Position numbers and translations under genes: made by a program. This document shows, piece after piece, positions 25,801 to 39,290 of a DNA stretch of 64,000 nt. Under the pieces are notes generated by a model. That model ran no database searches. It worked only from the letters and a program-made list of their open reading frames with translations, and was not told the DNA's origin. The stretch is taken from positions 15,996,001 through 16,060,000 of the forward strand of contig NC_086376.1 in NCBI RefSeq assembly GCF_036588685.1, read 5' to 3'. The stretch's first letter is position 1; each line of letters begins with the position of its first letter. Source of the stretch: Mytilus trossulus. Lineage: Eukaryota.

Positions 25801-25923
25801 CAGGGGTATGTCAAAGAACGTCTCGTCCTTTTTCTAAAAAAGTTCATCGGAAGGTACCAAGACCTTGTTGATAAATATTCCGTATCAACTTCTCAAATAA
25901 TACACGATGGTCTTGATGTATAG
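22885..25923 (+). CDS. Naiad-type PLE polyprotein (Zn-finger/GIY-YIG endonuclease plus reverse transcriptase), interrupted by one in-frame TAA at 24142-24144
   Basis: ORFs 22870-24144 and 24166-25923 are in the same frame (offset 1296 nt). Motifs: CKTC, NVVYGIECTLCGLLYVGET..LRKRMNQH, RE.YWI..L, CDC..GHVITGDL, DFSTLYT, GIPMGTNCAP, RYIDD. First ATG at 22885. Confidence 0.93.
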
Positions 25924-26324
25924 ATTCTGCGTACTGATGTTGTGTATCATCTTAACAACATGTTTTATTGTTCTTTTATTTGTTTTTGTTCTATAATTAA
26001 GATTACTTTTACTGTTGAATGGTTTTATGTGATATCCGTTTGACGTGGCTCGGTACTTATACATCTCGTCAATGTGTTTGTATTGGCTTTCATTTTTTTG
26101 GTGATTTGTTTTGTATATGTGACTCTTTGTATTTCTTTTGTGCTTATAACGTGACTCTGTACTTTAAAAGATCCCGTCAGTATGATATTTGTCTATAATA
26201 TGTCATTATGATATATTTCTATTATGAATTACTATATACGTTGAACCACAAACGTCAAAATCAATCAATGGCGTAGTGGAATTGACAATTTTTGGATTCT
26301 CACTAATTCTATGTATAACTTTTG

Positions 26325-27140
26325 AACTAGTTTGAATCTCGGTCTATTTCTGTAATTTATTCTTACATACTTTTGATTTTTTTAACTCTGTATGCGTACA
26401 TTGCCTATGAAAAACAATTTTAAAATTGTTTGTATGCACATTGAACAACAAATTTATGTGACGTATATAACTTTTCTGACGTCGGACACTCAAGTAGATC
26501 CATGTGTTCGTGGATAGGTTTTTGTGTCCTGTTAAATTGTTCCTTTTAAAAGTTTTGGATTCTCATAAATTCTATGTATAACTTTTGGACTAGTTTGATT
26601 TCTGTAATTTATTCTTACATACTTTTGATTTTTTAACCCTGTCTGCGCTCATTGCCTATGTATAATTTAAAATTGTTTATAATCCAGGTACTTTTGATAA
26701 CTATTGTATGCACATTGAACGACAAATTTATGTGACGTATATCATTTTTCTGACGTCAGACACTCAAATCAATTCATGTGTTCGTAGATAGTAGATGTTG
26801 TTGTGTCCTGTTAAATTGTTATACGATGATGACTGATGTTCCCATATTTTGACTATTTTATTGATTGTGACTGTTTATTTAACGCATCATGTAAATGTAA
26901 CGGAATTTGATGAGACTGTTATTAAAGTGAGAGGGTTAGCGCTATAGAACCAGGTTTAATCCACCATTTTCTACATTTGAAAATGCCTGTACCAAGTCAG
27001 GAATATGACAGTTCTTGTCCATTCGTTTTTGATGCGTTTTGTTTTTTGATTTTGCCATGTGATTATGGACTTTCCAAATTGATTTTCCTCTGAGTTCAGT
27101 ATTTTTGTGATTTTACTTTTTTTTTGTGATTTTACTTTTT
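26325..27140 (+). repeat. 3' pseudo-LTR (two internal units plus terminal segment)
   Basis: Direct repeat of 21728-22790 lacking one internal unit. Ends ...ttttgtgattttactttt, with the last ~20 nt duplicated. Confidence 0.9.
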
Positions 27141-29409
27141 ATCTTTTGTTGCTTAACTCTAAGTTTTGAGATTTCAAACACAGAAATCATGCTCAGTTTT
27201 AAATCAGTATAAAACATGGTAAAATATAAAAAAAGAAGTATGATTGCCAATGAGACAACTATCCACAAAAGACCAAAATGACACAGACATTAACAACTAT
27301 AGGTCACCGTACGGCCTTCAACAATTAACAAAGCTTAAATTAGTATTGTTGATATGAGACAGACACATAGTTTTACAACATTAAATTTACACCTCACTTT
27401 AGTTTAAGGTCGAGATTTGTAATTATGCTGTATAGATAGCTCTTAATAGACCAAAGTCTTTACTAAAAATAAATCAATACCAACAAACTGTCAATAGAAA
27501 AGTGAACGCGTGGAAAACGAGTGATAATGTTCCTGTCTTTTTGGTGGATATATATTCACGTCCCTTAATAAGATCATTCATTCTTTTACATATAAAGATG
27601 GTCAATGTCAAAATATTTTGACCATCAAACCGGTTAAAAAGAAGTGCTTTAAAAAAACAATTTTCCTTGTTTTATGATCAATTGTGTAGTCCTATAATAA
27701 TGTAAAGGAATGATTTTGATATAACGTAGGAATGGCTTGATATGGACATAATGTTGACCTTTGATAGCAAATACTTGTGTGGTTGAAACGCGCATCTGTC
27801 CTTATAAAAAACCTGCTATCGATGACGATTTTATTCAAAATCACTGGGTCGATGACACTGCTGGTGGGGGTTTGTCCCCGAGAGTATCACCAGCATAGTA
27901 ATCATAGATATAGTCGTAATTATGAATTAAACTAAATCTTACTTTAATAAGATGCTTTATCTTTTTCATATAATGACGATGTTCAACTTTTTCAAGGAAA
28001 ACGTGGGTCTGTTTTATATATTTATATCTATTAGTTCAGCCATGCCCCTAAACTTTTCCTGTTTAATAAGCTATTTGTACGCAGAGTAAATCGAAATAAT
28101 TAAAAAATTAATACGAATATTCCCATCTCAATTTTCTCGCTTAATAAACAACTAAACTAAATTTCACAAAATAGACTTGGACAATGTTATCAACTTGTCC
28201 ATGACAATATATATTTCTAATAATCTGTATTAATTAACTAAGATGAGAAAATTTATCTAATATTCATATGACCTAAATGTTTCATATAGACAAATAATTT
28301 GAATGTTTTTTTCAATTAATTTACTAGGAAGTTGTGATAGCATGGTACAAACAAAATCAATGCTCTAACTCAATTAACTGTACTTAAATTATTCCTTTCT
28401 TGTTAAATGATTTACATAGATTCTAACCATTACCATATATAGCATGCTCTTACATCATTTACTGTTTATATTTTCTACCAGCTATTCACACTATTTCAAT
28501 ATGTTGCTAAAGATGTCAAGGGGACAATTAAACAATAAGTGGGAAAAAACAGACAATACCATGATAATCAAAATGACTTTAAGAAAAACAAGTGTCTTGT
28601 AAGGTTTGACTTAGAAACTAACGACTGGGCAACACGAAACTCGCTATAAACTACTCATGAAACAATGACAAACCATATTAATACAGATATAAAATCATTT
28701 TGTGAATAACTCCTTTCTATGATAGTAATACGTAAAATATCAAAGTTACCGAAGTCCGATGTTGTTTTTAAACGACAAGGCGTTAAGCAAATTGCAAAAT
28801 TAAAAAAGAAGAAGCTAAAAACATCAAACGAATGGATAACGGCTGCCATAATCCTGATTTGGTACAGACTTGGTACATACTTTGTAGGCACAGATCTTAG
28901 TAAGACAGATTTTTGAAACCTATATAGAAAAAATTCTGGTTTATAGAATGATGCAGTCTTGAAAAACATTCTTGGTATTTTGTATTGTTCGCTTCAGTAC
29001 TGGTAAATCTTTGAAGTCTCGAATCCTTTGTGAAAATTCTTAAATAATTGTAATAATCAATTTAACTAAAGCTGCATATGAAGATGTTATTAACCATATG
29101 TTTTTGTAGTATTTGACTCGCACACTCATTTTAAAGGGTTTTTTTGGATTCGTCCTCGGTTCTCTTTAGGTAATTGTTTGAATACGTGTAATTAGATAAT
29201 CACTTGATTTATATTAAAATTTCAATAGATTTAAAAAGATGTGGTATGGGTACTAATTAGACAACTCTCCATACAAGCAACGTTTTATTAAAGTGAACGT
29301 CTGCCGGATATCTTGACTTACATCTATAAATTGACATTGTGGCTCAACTGAAAAGAACACTTTGTAATGAAATGTATGATTTAAGCCTCCCTTTTGTGAA
29401 ATTTTCATT

Positions 29410-29925
29410 TCTATGAAGCAGCATGCCAGCAGCACCATCTTCCAGTTGTTACTTTATTCCAGGGGTTGGATTTTTATTCATGACTTCCTTGATAAAGGGT
29501 TGCTGTCCATACGGAAAATTTTAATGTGATGAAGTTGAAATCATACCTTCGTTTATTATACCGACGTTATAGAATAATCGTTTCACAGATGACATTGCAT
29601 GTGTTCCAATTATCGTAATTATAGTCTCTTGTTCTTTAAATATGACCTCCTAAAATATCAGGTGTGTAGTAACATCAGGAAAACGGATGTTGCCACATGT
29701 GGAGCAGAATCTGCTCACCCCTTAGCAGGAACTATTATACCACTACATTTTTGGTGGGGTTCGGGTCGCTCAGTCTTTAGTTTTTCAATGTTGTATTTTG
29801 TGAAGTGTTGTTTGTAGATTTGTTTTATTGTCTGTGTGACTATTGTTATTTTTCTTTTTTTACCCATGGAGATGTCAGTTGATTTCCAACTTATGATCTC
29901 CATTGTGCCTTTGGTATCTTTATTT
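29410..29925 (+). mobile_element. Old degenerate 3' fragment of a PLE family B-like element (paralogous copy at ~31950-32425)
   Basis: Recognisable gaagttgaaatcat, cacagatgac, atgtggagcagaatctgct, ggtggggttcg and ctttggtatcttt blocks. Confidence 0.65.
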
Positions 29926-29929
29926 TACT

Positions 29930-30950
29930 TATTTCACTAGCGGAACATGCACTTTTGACTCTCTCGAATCATATTCATAAGCTCTTTGTGTATGTCTTGT
30001 TGAACGGCGTCGCCTTATCATAGTTTTTCTTTTTAGTACTGTGTTTTTTCCGCCAATTGTTTAAAAGCGTCCTTGGTATCAAATTAGTATTTCAATGAGT
30101 CAATTTTGTTGATGTAACTTAGATATATATCATTAAAGTACATCCAACTTATGATTTCAACATTCAGACAATTTTGTTTTGATATGCTATTTTAATCATA
30201 GCTTTGTAAGACAACAGCTTTGAAATTGAAGACATTGTTTCAAATAAAGCACATTTAAAGCCAGTATGTTATCATTAAAAATATCTAGGTAAAATTTGAT
30301 TATAAACAAAAATCGAAAGATAAAAGTACAGATGAATTATGTACTGATAACATGATCCAAAGTACGAGAAAGTACCTCCAGGAAACAGACTACGGTAAAA
30401 GTTATCTTAAGGAGTTGTAAAATTGATTATGTACAATAACAGACTTTATTGACTGTAAATTAACATACAGATTGTATCATTTAAATCAATCCGAAGTGTT
30501 TGTTGAGTGAATAATAGAAGGGAGGTATAGGTCAATTGGAAAACAGTGTAATTATAAATAAACATTTATAGTTCATTATACAGTTTCCACAATAGACATG
30601 TCTGTATCATATATATATATTGCTTTTATTCGTCCATAGTCTGAACAAACTGTGAATAATTCAAACAGAGGATATCAACGATTGACCATTTACACGCAAT
30701 TCTACCAACTTTAAAAACAGCAGTATATTTCTGAGTTAATATAGTTATGATTCAAAATAAAAAAAAAGTGCCAAATCTGGTCGATACAGTTCAAAATAAT
30801 TCAATTAATGAAGAAGACACAGAAAGGAAATGAGTTCAGAGATAACACCGGCTTTTCTATTTCATGATTTAAAAGATCGATAAACTGGCATTGCATTTAC
30901 TTTTCATCTTGATCATCTGAGTTAACACAGCAGAACACAATATTGTCTCA
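29930..30950 (+). repeat. Segmental duplication block B (copy at ~32420-32446 plus 34465-35880, split by the LINE)
   Basis: Shared tgtactgataacatgatccaaagtacgaga..cctccaggaaacagactacggtaaaagttatcttaaggagttgtaaaattg and colinear flanks. Confidence 0.85.
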
Positions 30951-32446
30951 GTATGACACGGTGTATATTATGAGGTGCCAAATAATAATAACAATTTAAT
31001 TGGGATGTTTGTATAAAAAAAGTCGTAAGATACCCCATGAATATTGGGACGCATCAATCAAAAACAAACAAAGACATTGCAAAAAATTGAAAACTACCAA
31101 AATGACTAACAATATGCAAAACACAATTTAGAAAACCAAATGCTAAGCAACACGAATCGCATGTAAATGTTATTTGCAATTATCTTATGCAAAACTTGAC
31201 ATGATGTCTTGCTGTGACGGTTAGGTTTAAGCCATATTGTTGGTTCTGTGTGTTGATTTGTGTTGGTGCTGCCAACTAGGTTTGACAACTGGGTGAAAGG
31301 TTAATCTAGCTTTAAAATCAGGTTTAATCTTCAATTTTCAGGAATAAATGTCTATACCAAGTCGGGAATATAGCAGTCGTTAACTGTAAGCATTTGCTGT
31401 TGTAAGTTTTTATGTTCTCCTCCAATTTAAATATGCCATGGAGTTCGTTATATGTTTACATACTCACTGTGTCTAACCTACCGCGGCAGAAAATTATTGG
31501 ACTCAATAGTATATAATATCTGTTACGGTGATGGATCGTCAGAGGTGTCGCTAGTTATCTAACAAACTGTAGGATCAAATAACGAAAGAGGGTCTTGGGG
31601 CGGCTCAAGGCCCCCAGCAGGTTCAGGAAAATGGTTTTCAGCGTTTTAATTGCAAAATTTTGTGTTGGTCAAGTCAAGTTTTCTAACTCTTAGTTAATGT
31701 TAATGTTATGAACTTGTTCATGGCAGTACCGATTTCTAATATGTCTAAAGTAATATACATATATAATCAATTTAAATGGGGTATATAATTAACCTATCTC
31801 TCTAATGGCGCAACCTTTCATGTAGACATGATTTGAATGTATGAGTTCTTTTATCATTCGTGTCGAGTTTCTATGGACAATAGTTTAAATACATGTGATT
31901 TGGTAATCACTTGATAAATCATAAAAATGTAAAGCTGCCTCATATCTCGACAGACATCTATGGCAGGGGTTTCCACATGATTTGCTTGATAAACGGTTGC
32001 TGCTCACAAGGTAAAGTTTTAAGTGATGAAGGTGAAATAATACCTTCGTTTATCTTACGGACTTTATTGAATATTCGATTTACAAATGACAACAGATATG
32101 TTCCAATTGTCGTAACTACAATCCCGTCTCTTGTTCTTTGAATTTGACCTCTTAAAATATCACCGAGTTTGAACTTACATGAGCAAAACAGTTGGTGAAA
32201 AATGTGGAGCAGAATCTGCTTAACCTTTAGAAGGAACTTTTTAATCACCCCTTCTTTTTGATGAGGTTCGTGCTGCAAAGTCTTTAGCTTTATATGTTGT
32301 GTTTTTGTGTAGTGTGGTTTGTCTATTAATTTGTTTGTGTGTCTGTTGGTATTTTAATTAGCCATTGTCTTTTCATGACAACTTGTTTATCATTGTCTCT
32401 TTGGTGTATTTCGCTTTTCGTTTACTTATTTCACTAGCGGAACATG

Positions 32447-34468
32447 TATGTTTGAAAGCTAAATCTATTCAGGGAGGAGGTATTGTTATTTTGATTAAAA
32501 AATGTTTTTCTGCTGTTATTGATATTGAAACTTGTATTTCAGACTCTATTGTATGGTTGAATATTAAGCAGGGTATATTAACCAAAGACAAATCTGTATA
32601 CATTGCTTGTATTTATATTCCTCCAGTTAAATCTAAATACTATAAGTTATATGATTGTGATTTATACAATGAGTTAGAAAATAGCATTGAGTTATACTCT
32701 GAACTTGGTCACGTTTTTATTCTTGGGGATTTGAATGGTCGAACTGGGACGTTAGTCGATTTTGTGGAAAAGGATGATATTCATTTTACCGTAAAGAACC
32801 AAATTTGTGGCGCTTTTGAATATTTAGCCGATAGCGTTCTCCCGAAAAGAGTCAATCCTGATTTAAATACAAACAGTTATGGATCTAAAATAATTAGTAT
32901 GTGTAAATCCTCAGGCTTAAGGATAGTGAATGGTAGGCACAAAAACGGATTTTCAAATGACTTTACATATTGTGGCCCTATTGGTATGAGCGTTCTGGAT
33001 TACTTCATTGTACCTTCGTTTTATTTCCCGAATATAAACCAGTAAATTGTATAAAACTTTACAACTTATTCGGACCATGCATTTTTACATTTAGAACTGA
33101 ATCTATTTAACACCATGCGAAACCCAGGCAAATGCTCAGATTCCATGGAAGATACAGAACGTCGAATTAAATACAAATGGAAAGATCAATTTAAAGAACA
33201 GTGTACTGAGTGTATTCGTATCAATATGGACAATATCATTCGTTTACAGAACCGTATAAACTTTGAAAATCAAACTTCTTTTGATAAATCGCTGAGCAAT
33301 TTTACATGTATGATAGAAGACATTATGTCGCCTTTCTTTAAAACGATGCCTTATGTTAACAATAAGCCGTATAAACCAGATAATTATTTCGACAAACCTT
33401 GGAAATTGTCAGAACAAGGTAGAAAAGCAATGTTTGCTTTAAGAAAAAATGTGAAAAGTATGTGTTTAAACTATGTAACTTTGTTATCCCTGTTTGATAC
33501 CTATATAAATTCTTTATTGAGTTATGCAAGCGAAATATGGGGTGCACATAAAGCCCCTGCAATAGAGAGAGTCCACATGAACTATTGTAAAAATATACTT
33601 GGTGTTAAGTTGTCTACTAACAATGTAATGATATATCAAGAACTAGGTAGATTGCCTCTTATTTTCGCAAAAAAATGTAAGATTTTCAAATATAGGTTTA
33701 AATTGCTAAATACTTCAAACTGTATATTGAAAAATTGTTATAACTACTTATATTGTGAATTAGAGAGATGTCCAAATAATAAGTGTAACTGGCTGTATTT
33801 TATAAAGAACGAACTTCTTCTTATTGGTTTAGGTGATGTATGGTATAACCAAAACTTTGTGACTTACCTGATGTATATTTTGCTGTCATAAATCAACGTT
33901 TGTACGATTGTCTAAAACAAGAACTTGATGCTCAGTTGTATATGTCTCCAAAATGTTCTAATTATAAATATATGTTAGATAATTTTTGTCTGCAATTTTA
34001 TTTATGCAAACCAATTTCAAATGTTTACAAAAAAATGTATTACAAAAATAAGATTAAGTAGCCACAACTTAGCTATAGAAAATGGAAGATTTAATGGTAT
34101 AGCAAGAAATAATAGAATATGTACTTTTTGTAAAAATGATATAGAAGATGAGTTTCATTTCATCCTCAAATGTCCACGTTTTCAAGGTTTTAGAACAATT
34201 TATATTAAGCCATTTTATTGGAAAAAACCGTCGATGTACACATTTATTAAACTGATGAGTACTAATAATGTAAAAGAATTGTGTAATTTAGGTAAATTTA
34301 TATTTAGATCTTTTAAGCTTAGATCCGAAATGTTAAAATAATGTTTGTTTATTCTACAACACCTTCTGCTGTCACATTGTCTGTGTTTATGTATGTATTA
34401 TATGTATTATTGATGTTGATATAATTGTATACCTATAGTTTATATAGACTTTGGTAATAAAGATAGAT
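32447..34468 (+). mobile_element. Non-LTR retrotransposon (LINE, RTE-X/CR1-like) relic: APE endonuclease plus C-terminal Zn-knuckle, RT deleted
   Basis: IYIPP, GDLNGRTG, NSYG, SVLDY and SDH endonuclease motifs. C-terminal RLSSHNLAIENGR..R.CTFC..IEDEFHFILKC. AATAAA near 34456. Absent from the paralogous block at ~29948. Confidence 0.85.
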
Positions 34469-37400
34469 TCTCCCGGATCATTTAACATAGATTTGTTGAA
34501 AATGTCACCTTTCTATCGTTTTTCTTTTTTTACTGTGTTTTTCTACCAACTCTGTTTGAAAGACTTATAGATTTTGGTTGATCATCTCAACGAGATTGAT
34601 ATTATCGCTTGAGCCGGTAAGGTGAAGATGAAGGTGAAAGCAATCGAGTTGCGATGACCAATGATAATCTGTTCATCGCTATTTCACCTATGACGACGTT
34701 GTTAGTTTCATTGACAACGGGCACGCGCGCCTTTGTTCTAGGGATAATTGTCCTTATCTTTATACTGCACATAGAAAGGAAATTATCAGTCAGTAAGATT
34801 AAAGGAAAATTTCATAAAATACCGATAATCCTTTGTATTCAATCAGTATTCCAATGAGACAAATTTGTTGGTATTTCTTTAAATATTTACGATATTTATT
34901 ACAAAAGTTCAACAAACCTATGATTTTACGATTCAGATACAATATGCTTTGCTATCATTTCATCACAGCTTTTGAAGACGATAGCTTGGAAATTTAAAAA
35001 CTTGGACAAAAAATTCAAACCAATCGAGAAAAAGCAGTTGTTTTGATACATCGTTTGATATTAAACACGTTAAAAGTCAGTTTGTTTCCATTATAAATAA
35101 CTCGGTAACATTTGATTACAAACAAAAATCAAAAGATAAAAGTACAGATGTACTGATAACATGATCCAAAGTACGAGACAGTTCCTCCAGGAAACAGACT
35201 ACGGTAAAAGTTATCTTAAGGAGTTGTAAAATTGGTTATGAACACTAACAGAATTTATTGACAATACATTCACATACATAATGTATCAATTAAATCAATC
35301 CGAAGTGTTTGTAAGAGTGAATAATAGAAGGGATATATAGGGCATTGAAAAAACAACATACTAATTAATAGATATTTAGAGTTCATTATACAATCTCGAC
35401 AATAGACATGTCTCTATTATATATATATATATTGCTCTTATTCGTCCGTAGTCAGAACACACTATGGATAATTCAGACAGAGGATTTAAACGATTGATCA
35501 TTTGCACGCAATTCTACCAACATTAAAAACAGCAGTATATTTCTGAATTAATATATTTATGAATAAAAACTGCAAAAGATGTGCCAAATTTTGTTGATAT
35601 CGTTAAAATATTCCATGGTAACTCAATGTTATAGTTTCAAATTATAATTTCACAAAATGTCTAATACCATGTTTGAGTTTAAATGAACTCTTATACTGTT
35701 TAAAACATAACATATTGTTTCAGCATAAAAAAAAATCAATAAATGAAGATGACATGGAAGGGAAATGAGTTCAGAGATGAAACAGGCTTTTCTGTTTCCT
35801 GTTTAAAAAGATCGATTAACTGACATTGTGTCTAATTTTTTCTTGATCAGACGTGTTAACAGAACAGACCTCATTTTCAGATGTTTTTAGAAATTTAAAA
35901 ACAATGGTTAACCTTAATATTTTGGTTGGAAAGTTTAATACTTTAATTTGTCTTATTTTTTGTTTCATTGTTTATTTAATTAAGACTTTTAGGATACGCC
36001 ATTCTTTGTTTAAATGTAATTATCTTGTTATTTGACAACTAAAAGTACGCACAGTGTCATACTGGACCAATAAGGTGCCCAGACAAATATACTTGTCATG
36101 TTTGATATAAACAAACAAACGATTTTGCAATTATTTTACTTGTCATGATTACAGCAAAGAGGTTTTGTCCTCTTAAAAGGTCACGCAAACTAAAGTTGTC
36201 TGCAACTATTAGAAATGCTTGTTGATAATACATATGCACAACAACTATACAACAAATGTGTTCGAAAGTACTCATAAGTTATGTATTTAAAAAACATACG
36301 TGGATAAGGCAGGTGAATAAATAAACACATCTATTAAATATTAAGATGTTCATCAAAATATTCCAAGATGAAAGATCATGGTTTAGAGTGGTAACAAACT
36401 TAACGGTTTGAATGCGTTCTGTACTTTATCCGGTTCGGCAACGAACTTATCGCGTTTTGATTCAAAACAGCATGACACACGACGAGCCACATGTACGATG
36501 ATAAGTTGTCCGTGGTTTACATGATTACGAAAGGCACCAATGATCTAAGTATGCAATATTGTTGATTTTGATTTGGTACCATAAATGGTTTTTTAAAACA
36601 CCTCCACACTAAACAGGACAACCAGGCAAACACAGTTACCAATAGTGTAGCTTCCGTTGAAAGCTTAAATATATGATAGTTTACGTTTTTGTATGCACAC
36701 ACATTGTGGAACTGTTTGAAAAAGCTCAAAGTGGTAATGTTTAAAGTGTTATTTTTATTTCCAATTATCTCATTCAAAAATTGACATGAGGTCTTACTTA
36801 AATGGTATTTTTTAAGCCTAATTATAATTGCTGTGTTTTGATTTGTTTTGGTCCTGCCAAGTTTTTAACAACTGCGTAAGCGGTTGAGCTCGCTTATAAA
36901 TCCGGCTTAACCCTCCATTTTCTTCAACGTTTTCGAAACTCTTTTTGGTGTAATATAATTCTCGTATTGATTAAAAACTCCATGACAAAGACATATTACA
37001 ATGAGTAGCAGAACTTTGTACACGAGAACCATAACGACTAGTTCCATTTGAATTATTTCGCTTAATAAATCACTAGACGAGATGTCATAAGATTGCCGTG
37101 GACAATGTTATAAAATTGTCCGTTACATTAATTATTTCTAATATCTTTAAAGTAATCTGTATAATCAACTTAAATGAGAGACCTCAACCAATTTACTAAT
37201 GGCGTAACTTTGTAGACAAATGGTTTGAATGTTAAGAATACCCAATTACTTTACCAGGAAGTTGTGATCACCTGGTACATACAAAATAACACGCTTCAAC
37301 TCTATCAACTATAGTTCAATAATTGCTTTTATGTGTTATGTGTTATACGATTTACATAGATTCTATTCATTTGAATTTATAGCATGCTCTTACATCATAA

Positions 37401-38339
37401 ACTGTGAATATTTTCTACCAGTTATGGACTAGTTTTCAATATATTGCAAAAGATACTAAGAAGACAATTAAATCAAAATCCAAAAAAAACTAAACCGGAC
37501 AATTCCGTGACACAAAAGTAATGACTAAAAGACAAAACGAGTGTCTTGCAAATTTCTACTTAGAATCTAACAAAAGGGAATTTCAAAACCTGCTATAAAC
37601 CAATCATGAATCTAGAACACATCATATTAAAACCGATATAAAATCATTATATGCATTACTGTTTATTTTCTATGATAGACGGGTATACAAAAATATTAAA
37701 TCTATTCTACCTCAGCAATAACTTTTTTTTGGAATTTTTTTATTAAACTTTTGGTCCTCAATGTTCTGCAAGGAATTGATTGGCCTTTTAAACTTTTTTT
37801 TTATTCAAGTCAATACAATTTTTCAATTCTGGTATCTATGCTCAGTTTATTCACAACCACTGAGTCGATGCAACTGGCGGAGTATTTAACCCCAAAGGGT
37901 CTCACCGCCTCTTTAATCAGCACTTCTGTGTTGACATGATCATCACTGATATGGTCATGAATAAAAAATCAACTGTCTACAAAGTCTTACATTTTTTGAA
38001 ATAATTAGACTTTTCTACCTCTGCAATAGATTACCGTAGCTGTTTTAGCAATACTTTTAGGAACATTTTGCCTATGCTGACATGAAATATCAATAATATG
38101 TTAATTTCTAAAAAAAATATGATTGATAAAATGTTAAGAAATTCATAACGTTTAAGGGTTTTTTCATAAGCTATAAAAGAAATATACAAAATTTCCAAAG
38201 ATCTTTTGGAGTACAAAAAATTATTTTGTAATAGTAGTAAAATACAATTATCTTGTCTTAGGAAGGGATGAATCCTACTTTGTAAAGGAAAATCAATCTG
38301 ATTCAAACAATTTTTCATTGATACTATTCTGGGACTGAT

Positions 38340-39290
38340 AAAAGCAAGTTGCTTGATTTTTTAAATTGACAACATATTTAATACGTTCTGATGACATGTT
38401 TTTCAACAGACTGTCGGCATTCCCATGGGAACCAGTTGTGTTCCGTTCCTTGTCGACTTATTTTTTTATTATTATGAGGCTTCATACATCAAATTCTTCG
38501 GAAAAAAAGATAAGAAGTAAGCATTATCCATTAACTTTACTTTCCACTATATAGATGATGAATTTAGTGACTATGTCGAACGCATCTATCCTTTCGAACT
38601 AGAGATAAAGGATACAACAAATACAGTTAAGTGTGCCTTATATCTTGATTTACATCTAGCAATTGACAATGAAGGTTGGTTTAAAACAAATCTTCACGAA
38701 AAAGGAGATGATTTCAGCTTCCCAATTGTGCACTTTCTATTTCTATGTAGAAACATGCCAACAACGCCTGCATACAAAATATATATCTTCTAACTGATAA
38801 ACGGCATTAACAGGATTGTATTTCCTATCATGATTTCCTGATAGAGGGTTGCTGCTAACAATGAAGCTATTAAACCAAGAGTTCGAAATGTTGAAGTTGA
38901 AATCATTCCTACGTAATCACGAGTTGGTTGACCTTTATGGAATAACCGTTTTACAGATGCTATCGGATATGTTCCTTACGTCGTAATTACAATCCCATTC
39001 ACTTTTAATGAGTGTGACCTAATAAATTAGACTTCTTAACGGGTTTGTAATAACGTGAGCAACACGGTTGGTGTCATATGTGAAGCAGGATCTGCTAACC
39101 TTTCAGGAGCACCTGATATCCCCCCAAGTTTATTGTTGGGGTTCGGGATGCTTAATCTGTAGTTTTCTATGTTGTGTCATGTGTATTATTATTTGTCTGT
39201 TTGCCTTTTTCATTTTTAGTCATGGCGTTATCAGTGTATTTTCAACTATGAGTTTGACTGTCTCTCTGGTATCTTTCGCCCCTCTTCTAT
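38340..39290 (+). mobile_element. Degenerate PLE family B-like fragment (RT C-half plus 3' UTR)
   Basis: Decayed QQTVGIPMGT, YIDD, ELEIKDTT and DDFSFPIV codons, then a 3' UTR ending gtatctttcgcccctctt. Confidence 0.85.

Larger units (their letters stand above)
21320..27140 (+). mobile_element. Near full-length Penelope-like retroelement, Naiad type (family A), with stacked upstream pseudo-LTRs
   Basis: Single long reading frame with GIY-YIG N-terminal to a PLE RT. The 3' region 26325-27120 is repeated in direct orientation upstream (21728-22790), with a further, more diverged 3'-end copy at 21320-21727. Confidence 0.93.

Noticed and set aside
21728-27140. LTR retrotransposon
   Set aside because: No TG...CA ends, PBS, gag, protease or integrase. 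The RT and GIY-YIG are PLE-type, so the repeats are pseudo-LTRs.
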